Shown: positions 1 to 12,819 of the stretch, one piece after another | Position numbering within the stretch: position 1 is the first letter of the stretch | How the letters are laid out: each line of letters starts with the position of its first letter | Assembly (NCBI GenBank): GCA_951406725.2 | Contig: OX597824.1 | Span: 59,396,001-59,460,000 of the forward strand | DNA length: 64,000 bases | Direction of reading: 5' to 3' | DNA from: Octopus vulgaris | Lineage: Eukaryota | The notes under the pieces: model-generated | Told to the model about the DNA's origin: nothing | Seen by the model: the letters and a program-made list of their open reading frames with translations, nothing else | Databases searched by the model: none | Translations under genes and position numbers: made by a program

Positions 1-79
1 ACTGTGCTCAGAGAAAGAAAGGGCAACAACCTGACCCGAAAAAATTCTTATTCACAAAAGATTTCTGATTAAAGACAAC

Positions 80-1830
80 AGATGCTAATTGAAGAAAACA
101 GACAAGGACCTAGCTCTTCTCAGTGTCTCGAAATAAAGCGAAGGAGAATGCAAGAACCCCACGCAATAGAAACACCAGAACAAACAGAGGTATGGAGAAA
201 TGCAATCGGCTGAAGAGACAGGAAACCCGTGCAATGGAAGGACCAGAAGATTCAGAAGGACGGAGAAATGCGAATCGGATGAGAACACAGGGAACCCGTG
301 CAATGGAAAGACCAGAAAAATAAAAAAAGAACGGAAGAATGTGAATCGGCTGAGAACACAGAAAAACCGTGCAATGAAAATACCACATAAACAGAAGCAC
401 GACGGACAAATACTGATCTGCTGGGGAAAGAGGAGAGGTCTCTAGGGAAAACACGTTACTGCAACACATTCAGCAGCGACAACCAGGCATGATAGCAACT
501 GAGACTTTGTCAGCAAAGAACTGACACTGAGAGAATGGCTATGGAAGTTGATGTGGCAGATTTTCAAGAGAAAGAACGAAACCCAATCTTTATGTTGCAC
601 TACCATGGAAACATTTTTAACAGAACATACCCTAACTGCAAAGATTACCTTAGAAGAGCTGAGAAAACTACCCTCTGCTGTGGCAAAGGAAAAATTAGTA
701 ATAATAAAATTCCACAGGTAAAAAAGGCCCCAGAATGAATAACTTAATATAATGATGTTAATCTATGCAGTCAAATGTTTCTGAACAAAATTCGTGACTA
801 CAATAATTTACTGGTTTATGGCTTCACTTGGACTGGATAATCCACCAATTTGACCATAGGGTGGTAGCACTTATATGACTACATTCAAGATTCAAGGAAA
901 GTTGTACTACCGCGTAGAAAGTTTCCTACCACCAGTAAATAGGAAGCCAGTCTACGCACAACTATATTTCGTTGACACTGAAAGTGAGATGAGAAACAGG
1001 TTGTCATTCAGAGGAGCTGACAATGACCTTAATGAGAACATCCTGCTAGACTTTCAGAGAGCATTGCATATGCACAATCCATATGTCAAAAGTTTAAACA
1101 GGCTATTGACACACTTAAGGAATACCCTGCATCAGGAAAATATTCTACCAATGATATTATAAGTCATCACAAACGGCTTATTCCTGTTGGGTCACATGAG
1201 GGAAGCTGTAATCCATCAACTGCAGAAGAAGTTGCTGTGATCACGGTGGTGGATGATACCAATAAACCAAACATTAAACCTGTGGATGTTGCCATTTAGT
1301 ACAATGCGAGCAATGAGAAGTTAGACTACATTAGTCAAATCCACAAAGGTTATGGCCTTCTTCATTATTTACTTCTGTTTCCCTATGGAGAAGAGGGCTG
1401 GAATGCGCTCTTGAAAGACAATGCCGGAAGCAAAGCTATCACTGAATGTGACTTATTCTTATCGGCTCCAGATAAGAAAGGACGAGTTCAAAGGCATAAT
1501 GAAAAGTAAACGTCTGATGCAACAACATGCAGTAGATTAATATACAAAGATAGAGCAAGATCGATTACACTTCCTGAGAACTCATCAGAAACAACTTAAG
1601 GCTGAAAAGTACCAGGGTCTTATGGATGCTATTGCAAATGGAGACATGAATGACGAAGGGTCTAAAATCATTCTTCCGCCATCACATACTGCTTCTCCTC
1701 GGTTTTACAGGGAGTGTTTCCAACCTCGAATTGCTCTGGTGAGAGAGTTTGGAAATCCAGACTTTTCATCAGTATGACAACCAACCCAAAATGGACTGAA
1801 ATAACGGAAGCCATGTTGGCTTCTGGGAAC
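80..1830 (+). pseudogene. Helitron RepHel, N-terminal/Rep part, degenerate (frameshifts and stops)
   Basis: Charged N-terminal repeats (E..RRNANR.RTQ.TRAME); TFKIQGKLYYRVESFLPP..KPVYAQLYFVD (875-1162); LLFPYGEEGW; RLMQQHAVD.YTKIEQDRLHFLR..QKQLKAEKYQGL.DA; KIILPPS; FGNPDFFISMTTNPKWTEI (Rep motif 1 region). All are Helitron_like_N hallmarks. Confidence 0.85.
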
Positions 1831-2363
1831 AATGAGCATATATTTGCTTTGTTTCTGGGTACAATGTACATGTATTGGCTTTGGTTCTGGGAACAATGTG
1901 TATATATTTGCTTTTTTTCTGGGTACAATGTACATGTATTGGCTTTGGTTCTGGGAACAATGTGTATATATTTGCTTTTTTTCTGGGTACAATGTAAATA
2001 TATTGGCTTTGGTTCTGGGAACAATGTGTATATATTTGCTTTGTTTCTGGGTAGAATGTACTTGTATTGGCTTTGGTTCTGGGAACAATGTGTATATATT
2101 TGCTTTGTTTCTGGGTACAATGTACATGTATTGGCTTTGGTTCTGGGAACAATGTGTATATATTTGCTTTGTTTCTGGGTACAATGTAAATGTATTGGCT
2201 TTGGTTCTGGGAACAATGTGTATATATTTGCTTTGTTTCTGGGTACAATGTACTTGTATTGGCTTTGGTTCTGGGAACAATGTGTATATATTTGCTTTGT
2301 TTCTGGGTACAATGTACATGTATTGGCTTTGGTTCTGGGAACAATGTGTATATATTTGCTTTG
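1821..2363. repeat. 64-bp minisatellite, about 8.5 near-identical copies (two related ~32-bp halves per unit)
   Basis: Unit TTCTGGGAACAATGTGTATATATTTGCTTTGTTTCTGGGTACAATGTACATGTATTGGCTTTGG starts at 1821, 1885, 1949, 2013, 2077, 2141, 2205, 2269 and 2333. Confidence 0.97.
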
Positions 2364-2399
2364 GACTCAGAGTATAAGGGTATGAAAGGAATCTACACT

Positions 2400-3700
2400 G
2401 ACAACGTTGTCTATAAGGAAATTCTTTAATCAACCGCCCTGAAGGCAGTGATTCAGCTAGTATCGTATAAATCTGCAACTAACTATAAGTCTAAGAAGCG
2501 TAGGAGGTATAAAGGAAAACATACAAATAACAATGATGTAATCTGGTATAATCCATCATGCAATTACGTAATAGGTACTAATTTATATAAAACATTCTTT
2601 AGCATATTAGATAAGAACTTTCCCCGCCCCATCGCACAAATGTTACTCGTAAGAATATTAGAGTTTCCTATTCTACCCTTAGTACGATTGTAGCTGGCCT
2701 GAACAGAAAAAAGCATAAACCTAACCCGTAACAATAGTGATAGGGATTATGATGATATAGTACCAACTGGTAATCATAATAACCTCATCGACATAAGTAA
2801 CACTAATACTAAACATTCCAATATCCCCAGGGTTTATAATCCCCTTAATGCTGTTGAATCTAAAAACATTAATAGGATTGTGCCAGCTACAAATGATGGT
2901 TGTAGTGATTGTCTTGGTAGTAAGCAGCTTGTGACTGCTAATGATATAAAAACAGATTTTCACTCTAGCCCTGTCACAAATTGCGGTCATAAACTACTTT
3001 CAGTTAGCTTAGAATTATGCCCAAACGAATCCCTGTCAATTCCTGGCCCATTGCTGATAGATTCTGATTGCATAATCCCTTCTTATCCTATGCACAATCC
3101 ACCAACTACTACTCTGAATATAGCTAATAATAACGACCTTAGATATTTTAACATTGCCTCTGGTAGTAACTATATGAACACTAATAGCACCCGATAGGAT
3201 AATCCTTTAAGCCAAAATAGTATGAGGGATTACTAGTAATAACAATTGCGCCATGACCAAACATAGATGCAATTGTTTCGGAAAAAAATCACGCCCGATT
3301 TCTGGTCACTGTATGGCCGAAAATGTAGTATACAGGTGTACAGTGACGACAGAGGTTAATACTTATACTTATATTCTTATATTTATATTTATGTATTTAT
3401 AAAGCGACTACGCAACCAGCAATCGTCTTTCAAACTGAAACCTAGGGCTGGTAGAATGTCATTAGCCACGAAAGTTTGAGAGCTCAAAGACGATTATATC
3501 GAATTCAATATAAAATGGTATATAATTAGGGTAGCAAAACCTTACTCTAACAGCAGATATCGGGTGTAGATAATGCTGTATGGAGGTCTATGAAATATTA
3601 AATAGGCGAATAGTGAAAATTTAATTAATAATAAATTGGACCTACGCCTTTTATTTATTAATAAAGTAACCCATACCTTTAAATATTTTAAAGGTATTAC
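2400..3700 (+). mobile_element. Penelope-like retroelement 3' fragment (linker + GIY-YIG endonuclease), degenerate
   Basis: RRR...DVIWYNPS....GTNLYKTFFSILDKNFP; CNC....PISGHCMAENVVYRCTVTT; KRLRNQQSSFK...SLATKV*ELKD..IEFNIKWYII. Confidence 0.75.
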
Positions 3701-3839
3701 CTAACATTTCAGTTTAGTTTTTAGCCAATGTTACTACACTCTTAGTCTCCCTACTTTTTCATGTTTAAGTCTGTATAGTCTAACAATTAGCATGATCATC
3801 TAGTGAAATTGTTCCTATTCTCATAGTTTCTATCCCAAA

Positions 3840-4420
3840 TCAATATCTAAAAAGCTGAAATGCGAAAAATTTGTTTGTCTCATTTTGGGATTGGAACAGT
3901 TTAAGGAGCGCTAGATGGGATCGGATTGGTACCAAAATTTACAGGGACATGTAAAAAGAGGCGAGGAAGCGACTGCACTAGGTTAAAAATCCATATCTCA
4001 AAAGCTGTGGTTACTAGGGCAACAAATTCCACACTTTGACAAGTGTTTGTCGTTTCTCCCTTTCGGCTATCACCCTTTCTTCCTCGATCTCTCTTTTTCC
4101 TTCCTTCCCTGCACATTCTCTCTATAACGACGTTTGACAGCTTCGTCTCTCTGTCACTCTTTCTCCCACCACCTCCCTTACTGTACGTCTGTCTGTATCT
4201 ATAGAGAGAAAGCGTTGACGACCGTAAAAGTTGAAATATTACCGCCACAGGTCTTTTAGAACGGTGAATTATTATCGCCCACCATCTCCGCGCCATCATA
4301 ACAAATATTATTAATCAGATATATTGTGTTAATTTAAATATATATATGTTTGTATATAAATATATATATATATAATGTGTATACATATATATATGTGTAT
4401 ATAAAGTGTATATTTTTATA

Positions 4421-4460
<40 letters not shown>

Positions 4461-4522
4461 GTGTGTGTGTGTGTGTGTGTAGACATGTATATATTATGCG
4501 TATATATGTACATATTTAATAC

Positions 4523-4560
<38 letters not shown>

Positions 4561-4653
4561 TTATAGACTGCCATATTAGTATGGCGATAACTATTAATAT
4601 CCAGTAACGCTGCCGTAATCTCCTTTAGAGAGACTTAGTAATTTTAATATTTC

Positions 4654-4709
<56 letters not shown>

Positions 4710-5747
4710 ATGTATGGATATGTGGTCGGACTGAGCTGAAAATATGCATACCTATGTTAAAAATACTAGCGAGTTTGCATGGCAACTTTGAGTTTGCTCA
4801 ATTGAAAGACATGGCCTTTAGGGCAAAATTCCTCATCTTTTAACATGTGTCCCGCGTAGACCCAAATTAAATTAGGTCATAATACCGAAACAAGTAAAAC
4901 AATCTAATCTATAAAATGAAGAAGGCGAACGTTGATAGAAATTGGATTTTTATGTAAAAAGGGGTCTAAATGGGGCTGGAAGGGGATTAAAATTTACAGG
5001 AGGGGGTAACGTGAGGTGAGAAATTGATTGGCAGACGTTTTGGGGCGCTACAGTGGTTGTTTTGCTGTGAAAACAGGGATTTTATTGATTTTGGGGGACA
5101 CTTGCGTGTCTTGATTGGACACTTTTTTGCCCGATTTCAATCAAATTTTCAACATGGTAAAGTGGAAGCGGATTTGTAATTTAAGCGCGCAAAATGGGTT
5201 CGAAATTTTGAAAATTAAGGCAAGATTTTTGAAGTTGAAAAACATTTCTCATTTTTACGTATTTTTGCCTCTTATATTTTATTGTTTACAGTTTTCATTT
5301 TTTCTGAAAGAAATTTGCAGCTGCATGTAGCCCGTGTTTAGAGCTTTCATTTGCATGGTCAATCATCGAAAAATTCCCAAAATAAGTACTAAATTTAACA
5401 AAGAAATCCTTTTTTCTTTATTTTTAATCGCTCAAATAGTGGCACGTACAAAAGGCAAGTGTGCTTTCCGTTGTCACGACCTGATATTTATGATTGATCT
5501 TTCAAAATATTTTCTTTATCAACTTACTCAAGATCTTTTGTTTTTTATAAATGGGAGACAGATATAGAAAGATAGAGAGTAAGAGAAAGCGAGGGAGAGT
5601 CCAAGAGAAATGAAGAGTAAGAGAGTGGAAAAGTGAGAAAGGAGAGAAAACAAAGAGGGAGAATGTGGCGATAAGAAACAGAAAGGAAGCAACAGAAAGT
5701 AACAACCACACCCTCACTCGCGCGTAGAGCAGGTCACCTGAAGCTAA
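3840..5747 (+). mobile_element. Putative non-autonomous Helitron (about 1.9 kb)
   Basis: Begins A|TC (TCAATATCTAAAAAGCTGAAATG). Ends with a degenerate GC hairpin ACTCGCGC-GTA-GAGCAGGT, then CTAA|T (CTRR). No TSD, no coding capacity, internal (TA)n/(TG)n tracts. Confidence 0.55.
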
Positions 5748-5748
5748 T

Positions 5749-6243
5749 CAATCCACCAACTACTACTCTGAATATAGTTAATAATAACGACCCTAGATAT
5801 TTTAACATTGCCTCTGGTAGTAACTATATGAACACTAATAACACCCAATAGGATAATTCTATAAGCCAAAATAGTATAAGAGGGATTATTCGTAATAACA
5901 ATTGCGTCATGACCAAACATAGATGCAATTGTTTCGAAAAAAATCACGCCCGATTTCTGGTCACTGTATGGCTGAAAATGTTGTATACAGGTGTACAGTG
6001 ACGACAAAGGATAATACTTATATTTATATTTATATATGTATAAAGAGACTACGCAACCTGCAATCTTCTTTCAAACTGAAACCTAGGGCTGGTAGAACGT
6101 CATTAGCCACGAAAGTTTGAGAGCTCAAATACGATAATATCGAATTCGATATAAAATGGTATATAATTAGGGTAGCAAAACCATACTCTAACAGTAGATA
6201 TGGGGTGTAGACAATGCTGTATGGAGGTCTATGAATTATTAAG
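5749..6243 (+). mobile_element. Second copy of the Penelope GIY-YIG segment (direct repeat of ~3095-3602)
   Basis: High nucleotide identity to 3095-3602 (CAATCCACCAACTACTACTCTGAATATAG ... GGAGGTCTATGAA); ORF 5923-6120 reads RPISGHCMAENVVYRCTVTT. Confidence 0.85.
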
Positions 6244-6451
6244 AGAATAATGAAAATATAAAAATAATCTATTATGAGTGTTGTATGTGATACTGAAGGA
6301 ACACATCATCTAACCCTATTAATCTGTGACTGAGCATTTATTTTATCCCATCGGATCTAATCATATATAATAGAGGCCCATATATTTTAATTACCTATTA
6401 ACCTTCATTACACCTACAAAGCAAACTAGAAATGTGGCTAATGGATAGCTA

Positions 6452-7749
6452 TTGGGTTGCAACTAAGTTCCCGCCGTTTTTTTAAATTTTGGAATTTATT
6501 GCGTTTTTAAATTTTGGAATATATTTTCTTTTGCGAGAATTCTATTTTTGAATCATTTTGGAATCTATTTTGTTTTTCTTTTCTAGTTAATTTTAGTTAA
6601 TTTTGGTTTATTTTCAGATCATCAAAATGGAATGTCAAGTTAAGAAAAACGAGCATTTTCGACACCTCCTCCTTTTTGCTTTTAATCAGGGTTCTAAGGC
6701 CGTAAAAGCTGCTCGCGAAATTTGTGCTATGTATGGAGAGGGTGCCATAACTGAAAGAACCGCTCGTGATTGGTATGCCAAGTTCAAAAACTAAAATTTT
6801 GACCTCAAAGACGCACCTCGTTCTCGCCGTCCAGTTGAGTTCGATGAAGTGCGATTAAACCAACTTTTGCACGAAAATTCTCGTCAAACGACAAGTGAAC
6901 TGGCAGAGGAAATGGAATGCTCCCACACTGCTATAGAGAAGCATCTTCACTCGATAGGAAAGGTTGAGAAGTATGGAGTATGGGTTCCGCATGCTTTAAG
7001 TGACAACAGCAAAAATCAACGAGCCACAATCTCCGCTGGTTTGCTTGCTCGTCACCGCTCAACTCATGGACACAAGCCACAATTTCTTTACCGAATCGCT
7101 ACTGGCGACGAAAAATGGTGTCTGCACATCAATATGAAGCAGCGTAAGGAATGACTTAGCCCCGGTAAACAAGCGACACCGCACTTGAAACAAGATCTTC
7201 ATCCACGTAAAACGATGTTGTACGTATGGTGGGACTGGGAAGGGATTATCCGTTACGAATTGCTTGAACGGAATCAAACGCTCAACGCGGAACTCTATGT
7301 TCAACAGATGGAACGACTCAACACGGTTATTCAAGAGAAAAGACCTAATCGGCAGCATGGAGTTCTTCTGCTGCACGACAACGCCCACCCTCATGTCGCC
7401 AATATGACCAAGGAAGCCATTCAAACGCATGGCTGAGAAGTGCTGCTACACCCACTGTACTCTCCTGATTTGGCACCAACGGACTTCCACCTCTTTCGAT
7501 CTCTTTCAAATGCTATGAGCGGAGTTTCGTTCAATACTGACGCAGAATTGAGAGCTTGGTTGGATCAATTTTTCGAGTCGAAATCGGGTGATTTCTACCA
7601 ATGAGGTGTTGAAAAGCTTGTTGAAAGTTGGGAAGAAGTTGTAAACAACAAGGGTAAATACATTATCGATTAACTAGTTGTTATTTTTTGTTAAACCTTT
7701 AAAAAAAATTAAATTTAAAAATACAGCGGGAACTTAGTTGCCTAGTTAA
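6452..7749 (+). mobile_element. Full-length mariner (DD34D) transposon, mellifera-subfamily-like; transposase 6627-7673 inactivated by in-frame stops
   Basis: TIRs TTGGGTTGCAACTAAGTTCCCGC / GCGGGAACTTAGTTGCCTAGTTAA with TA on both flanks; N-terminus EHFRHLLLFAFNQG; motifs WVPHAL, TGDEKW, HDNAHPH, YSPDLAPTDFHLF. Confidence 0.95.
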
Positions 7750-8097
7750 TACATACCCGATAACATATACACGATACTTATCTGGTTTATCTTCCTCTCC
7801 TCTTCGTATTATGTATTGGGTAATCTGAAATATTAGAAATTTCCATTACCAGTGGCCCAGCGTGTAAAAATTTAGTCAATAGTCTATATATTATTCCTAT
7901 AAATACAGCGTACATTTAAACACAAAAGAGGTAAAAAAAAAAGTCTGAAACCATTTGTCCAGGAGTTAGATGGTAAATGTTTTTATTTTTCATTCCCTTC
8001 GAGATTTAACCCTAATAGTGGTTTGGAATTTAACTGTCCTCTCTAGCGTGCAAGGAGTCCTATGATGAATACCTCTTTTGTGATTAAATGTACACTG

Positions 8098-8128
<31 letters not shown>

Positions 8129-8129
<1 letters not shown>

Positions 8130-8277
8130 CGACGGACTTCTTTCAGTTTCCGTATACCAAATCCATTCACAATGCTTTGGTTGCCCCGAGGCTAAAGTAG
8201 GTGCTACGTGGTGGGACTGAATTCGGAACCATGTGGTTGGGAAGCGAGCTTCTTACCATACAGGCACTCTTGCGCCT
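8129..8277 (-). mobile_element. tRNA-derived SINE (family 2) 5' part
   Basis: Minus strand reads GGCGCAAGAGTGCCTGTATGGTAAGAAGCTCGCTTCCCAACCACATGGTTCCGAATTCAGTCCC (A/B-box-like head); related copy at ~53200-53311. Confidence 0.7.
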
Positions 8278-9238
8278 GTTTGTGACTGTGTATGTGTGAG
8301 TACAGACAATAGGTAGTTAATAGAGTGGTACATCACAAGGTACTTGACATACTTTAGGGCGGTATGTTTTTCTGGGACATAATGTGTTTTTAAAACAAAT
8401 GTTTGCGAGACCCTTTTCTTCTTAATTTTTGAACTTTTATGTCAGTTATTTAAGTGATACCCGGTCAAGATAAGAGTATTTAAGTCAGTCTTGTTTACCG
8501 CTACTATTTGACAAGATAGAAGTTATGCAAATGAACAACAACAACGACAGCAATAGTAATAATAATGCTTTCAAATTTAACATGAAGCCAAATCTCTCAC
8601 CACTTTCTCCCTACTACCGTCACCCCAACATCCACTTAATCATCTTTTAATTATATACTTTCTCATTTACATACATCAAGTTCCATACTCTTTTTAAACA
8701 TTCTCTGTTTCCCTTCAGATCAATGACATTGTATGACTCCATTTACTTCATATTGTTTGTACTAAGACATACACAGTCACAAATATATTCAAAGTCCTTG
8801 ACAAACTGACTGTTTTATCTTCATTATCTTCTCATGATTTTAGTTATGGTACCAATAAAATTAGCTCATTAAAGCATGTATCCGTTACTAAACTTTTTAT
8901 GCATTTATCTTTCTAATCATATCTACCTATCTTTCGCTGAACCTATCTTTATCTACTTTTTTGGCATTGTATCTATCCATATATCTTTTTACCTATCTAT
9001 AAATGTATCTATGCATCTCTTATCTATTTCTTAATCTACCCATCGATCATCTGCCAATTTTCATATTTATCATCCTTTCAATTACTCTTTGTGTGTATGG
9101 GTGTGCGCACGTATACATAGACACAGATAAACACGCACGCACGCATGCACACACGCTCCCACACACATACACACACAATTACAGAGTCATATACATACAT
9201 ATTTACGCATAAATACATAAATACATAATAAAGGGAGA

Positions 9239-9316
<78 letters not shown>

Positions 9317-9325
9317 CAGAGTTAG

Positions 9326-11890
9326 GAAGGCGCATGGCTTAGTGGTTAGAGCAGGGTTGTCAAACTCATTTTAGTTTCCGGGCCACATATCAACTCAGTT
9401 TGATCTCAAGCGAGCTGGAACAGTAAAATCATGGCTTAAGAACCTATAAATACCAAATTTCAAAAATTTCCCTTTGTTTTAATGTAAAAAAACTACATTC
9501 TGAAAATATTTATGTTTAAAGAACAATTTTCTTTTTGTTTTGCGAACCATTGAATAAGTGAAAGTGGGAACTGCTAAAGAAGACTGAGTTATCACACTGC
9601 CTTGTAAATCTATACAATTTATAAATTAAAGAAAACACTTTCCTCTTTCACATATGCATCAACATCAGGCGTCAAATCCTGAATAGCAGCTCGCTTCAGG
9701 ATGTCATTTAGGTGCTTATGTGTGGTCGTTGAGCGCAGTTTTGTTTTATTGATGCTCATTACAAAGAAAACTTATTCACAAAGGTAGGTAGATCCAAACA
9801 TGCACTAAACTTTCGTAGCAAAGGCTGTCAATTTGGGGTATTTTTGCAAGAGATACTGATAAAATGTGTTCAAGTCCACCGAGATAAATTTGTTCTTTAA
9901 ATCTGAATCACACTGCAAGTCAATCATTTCAAGTTGGATGCTGACGGGCAGATCAGAGGCGTTGACTGTAAATGGTGAGCGAAATACTGTAAAATATGTC
10001 TCAAGTTCATCAAAAATCTTAAACCGTTGCTGAAACCCTCGCAGCAATACCGTGATATTGTCTTTGTACCGATTTATGTCAACATTATCTGCGGTCGCAA
10101 CCACATCTTTTAGACAACGAAAATGATCAGGGTCACTACCTGACAATTGTGTCTCCCACAAAGTTAGCTTCCACTTGAACGCGCGTATGCTTTCAAAATA
10201 CTGCGTGACAACGTGTTTACGGCCTTACAGCATTTTGTTCAGATTATTCAAGTGCTCTGTAATATCCACGTTAAATGCTAAATGTTGCAGCCATTCTGGT
10301 GATTGAAAATCTAACACTGGTTTGCCCTTATTCTCCATGAACTGTTCAATTTCTTCTCGTGGGTTAAAGGAACGCTTCAACGCGGCACTTCGGCTTAACC
10401 ACCTTACCTCGGTTTGATATGGCAAGCCATAGGTAACGCCTATATTGCTGAGAAGATTGTGAAACTGACGGTAATTCAGACTTTTATTTCGGATGAAATT
10501 AACAGTTCGGACAACCACTTCCACAATGTGATCCATTTTGAACGACTAGCAACAGAATGCCTCCTGTTGCAAAATGCAGGGAAATATGCAAAAATTACGT
10601 CTTCCATTTGCATTTTTCCCAATCACTGATGAAGCGCCATCTGTAGCCATGCTGACAGCATGGGACAGTCCACTCCGACCCTTTCCAGTGCTCTAACGAG
10701 AGAGATGAACATGTTATTTGCTGTTGTGGTGTCGCTCATAGGAACCAACTCCAGGAACTCCTCGGTGACGGTCAAGGTCTCGTATACACCACGAATAAAT
10801 TTGGCCAGTTGCGCGACATCCAAAATATCTGCGCTCTCATCAATTGCTACCGAAATGCAATAATTGACTTGACCTTGTGCTTCAGTTGCCTCTCCAAATC
10901 TGCAGAAAGATCTGAAATCCTATCGGCCACAGTGTTTCTCGTCAGACTAATGTTGGAAAAAGTCTGTCGCTTCTCAGGACATAAAATTTCTGCAGCCTTC
11001 TGTATGCATATTTTCACGAATTCATACTCACAGTACAGCTTTGATGCAACAAGGTAGCTAGCTTTTACAGCTGCCTCACTGATATCTCGACTTTGGGTTA
11101 AAGCAGACTTTTGTTTCTTCAGATCTGCTAACAATATATTTACCTTCTCTCTTCTCATTTGTCCTTGCAAGTTATTGTATTTATCAGCACGATGAGTTTC
11201 ATAGCGGCGCCCAACGTCATATTCTTTGAGCACTGAAACCTGCTGCGAATACACCAAGTACACAGCTTTCCCATTCACCTCCACGAATAAATAGGAAAAG
11301 GACCACTTTTCTTGAAATAATCTATACTCTGTATCCACTTTTCTCCTTTTTGAATTAATTATCTGAAAATATATTTGTTCCAATACAATATTTCAACAAT
11401 TCTATAATAATCGAAGGGAATTATTCTATTAGAAATTGGATCATTGACTCTATCATCAGTCATACTCAAACAATCAACGTTCGCAATAATAAGTAACTAA
11501 ATATATAATTTTTACACTTTCCAAAGTCATATCGCGGGCCGGATGAAACCCTGCAGCGTGCTGGTTCCGGTTTACGGGCCATATGTTTGATACCCCTGGT
11601 TTAGATCGCAGAGCTCGCAACCATGAGGTGGTGAAACAATTTATTTCACATTACTCCAATTCACTCAGCTGTAGAAATGAGTTGCGACGTCACTGGTGTC
11701 AATCTGTATAATCCTTTGTCTTTCTCTTGGATAGCATCGGTGGCGTAAAGAGAGGAGACTGGTATACATGGGCGACTGCAGGCCTTCGTTAAATAACCTT
11801 GCCCAAACTTGTGCCTGAGAGGGGAATTTTCTAGGTGCAATCCCATCGTTATTCATGACCGAAGGAGGACTTTACTCTTTTACTCTTTTA
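9326..11890 (+). mobile_element. tRNA-derived SINE split by a hAT insertion (head 9326-9351, body ~11607-11890)
   Basis: A-box TGGCTTAGTGGTTAGAG is interrupted at 9351 and resumes CGCAGAGCTCGCAACCATGAGG...CACTCAGCTGTAGAAATG; tail (TTTACTCT)n. A related SINE lies at 29550-29800. Confidence 0.7.
9352..11598 (-). mobile_element. hAT transposon, SPIN/Charlie (GTF2IRD2-like transposase) group, full length, transposase decayed
   Basis: TIRs CAGGGTTGTCAAAC / GTTTGATACCCCTG; 8-bp TSD GGTTAGAG / GTTTAGAT; frames KRRKVDTEYRLFQEKW, SLTRNTVADRI, AQLAKFIRGV, TEVRWLSR, IQLEMIDLQCDSDLK, and FGSTYLCE on the minus strand. Confidence 0.93.
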
Positions 11891-12167
11891 TGTGTGTATA
11901 CAAGATTGGTGGAAAGTAAGTAGGCATTAGAAGTTACTTACAGAATTTTTTGTTACTAAAATCAACGCGTCAAGCAGCTCGTGAAAGTGGACTGACAAAA
12001 TACACAATACATACGGTGTTGAATAAAGAATTCAATTTTCGCCCGTAGAAACCCCATTACGTGCAGGGACTAAAACCTGAAGACTGTGACCGCAGAAGTC
12101 CAGAATTTCAGGACTCCAAGAATTCCAGATCTCACGCCTTGTGATTTTTGCCTGTGGCCAACCCCTG

Positions 12168-12207
12168 TATGTATGTATGTATGTATGTATGTATGTATGT
12201 ATGTATG

Positions 12208-12253
<46 letters not shown>

Positions 12254-12293
12254 TACATACATAAATACATAAATACATACATACATACATACA

Positions 12294-12326
<33 letters not shown>
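12168..12326. repeat. Compound (TATG)n-(TA)n-(CATA)n microsatellite, self-complementary
   Basis: Read directly from the sequence. Confidence 0.95.
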
Positions 12327-12327
<1 letters not shown>

Positions 12328-12819
12328 CAGAGGGGGATTAATAGATAGATAGACACCTGCTACACTATATACGAAGAAGTACACGTACACATACAATCAT
12401 ACACGCCCACACACTCACACATAAATGTTAAACATACATATGTGTGTGTGTGTGTGTGTGTGTATACATCAGCATATGCAAATGTGTAGACAGGCCTGGA
12501 CATACATACTCACTACAGATAATTAAGTAAATATAGAAGCCGTTGTGAAACACGTATGAAATTAATCGAGCATGCGAATGAATATTGATAATTTAGTGTT
12601 TAAATGATAATGGAGAAAGGTCACCCTGATACATATGTCAGACAATGGAACTTGATTAATTTCTAAAGAAAGTTACACATTCATATAAAATAATGCATGG
12701 CGTAGAAAATAGAGATGTAAATTCATTAAGAAAAAGAACAGTAAAAAGGTTGACTAAGAGAAAAAGAACAATACTGTGTGGGATCTAGAGTTCATAAATG
12801 AAATAGTTTAGATATACAT

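Noticed and set aside
1668-2478. Five or more overlapping 180-257 aa ORFs; CRISPR-like periodicity
   Set aside because: These are products of a stop-poor 64-bp tandem repeat. There are no unique spacers and no cas genes, and the context is eukaryotic.
7770-7830. Hydrophobic frame ending TTGG|GTAAT as a possible fourth SLC22 exon
   Set aside because: No FD..L...G.(F/Y)Q motif or ATG at the expected distance, even after removing the mariner.
9805-11383. Host GTF2IRD2/EPM2AIP1-like gene
   Set aside because: Flanked by TIRs and a TSD and broken by stops and frameshifts, so it is a transposon copy rather than a domesticated gene.
11900-12168. Tiny Tc1-like remnant (WNSWSPEILDF resembling WPP.SPDLNPLD)
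   Set aside because: Too short and degenerate, and TIRs could not be matched with confidence.
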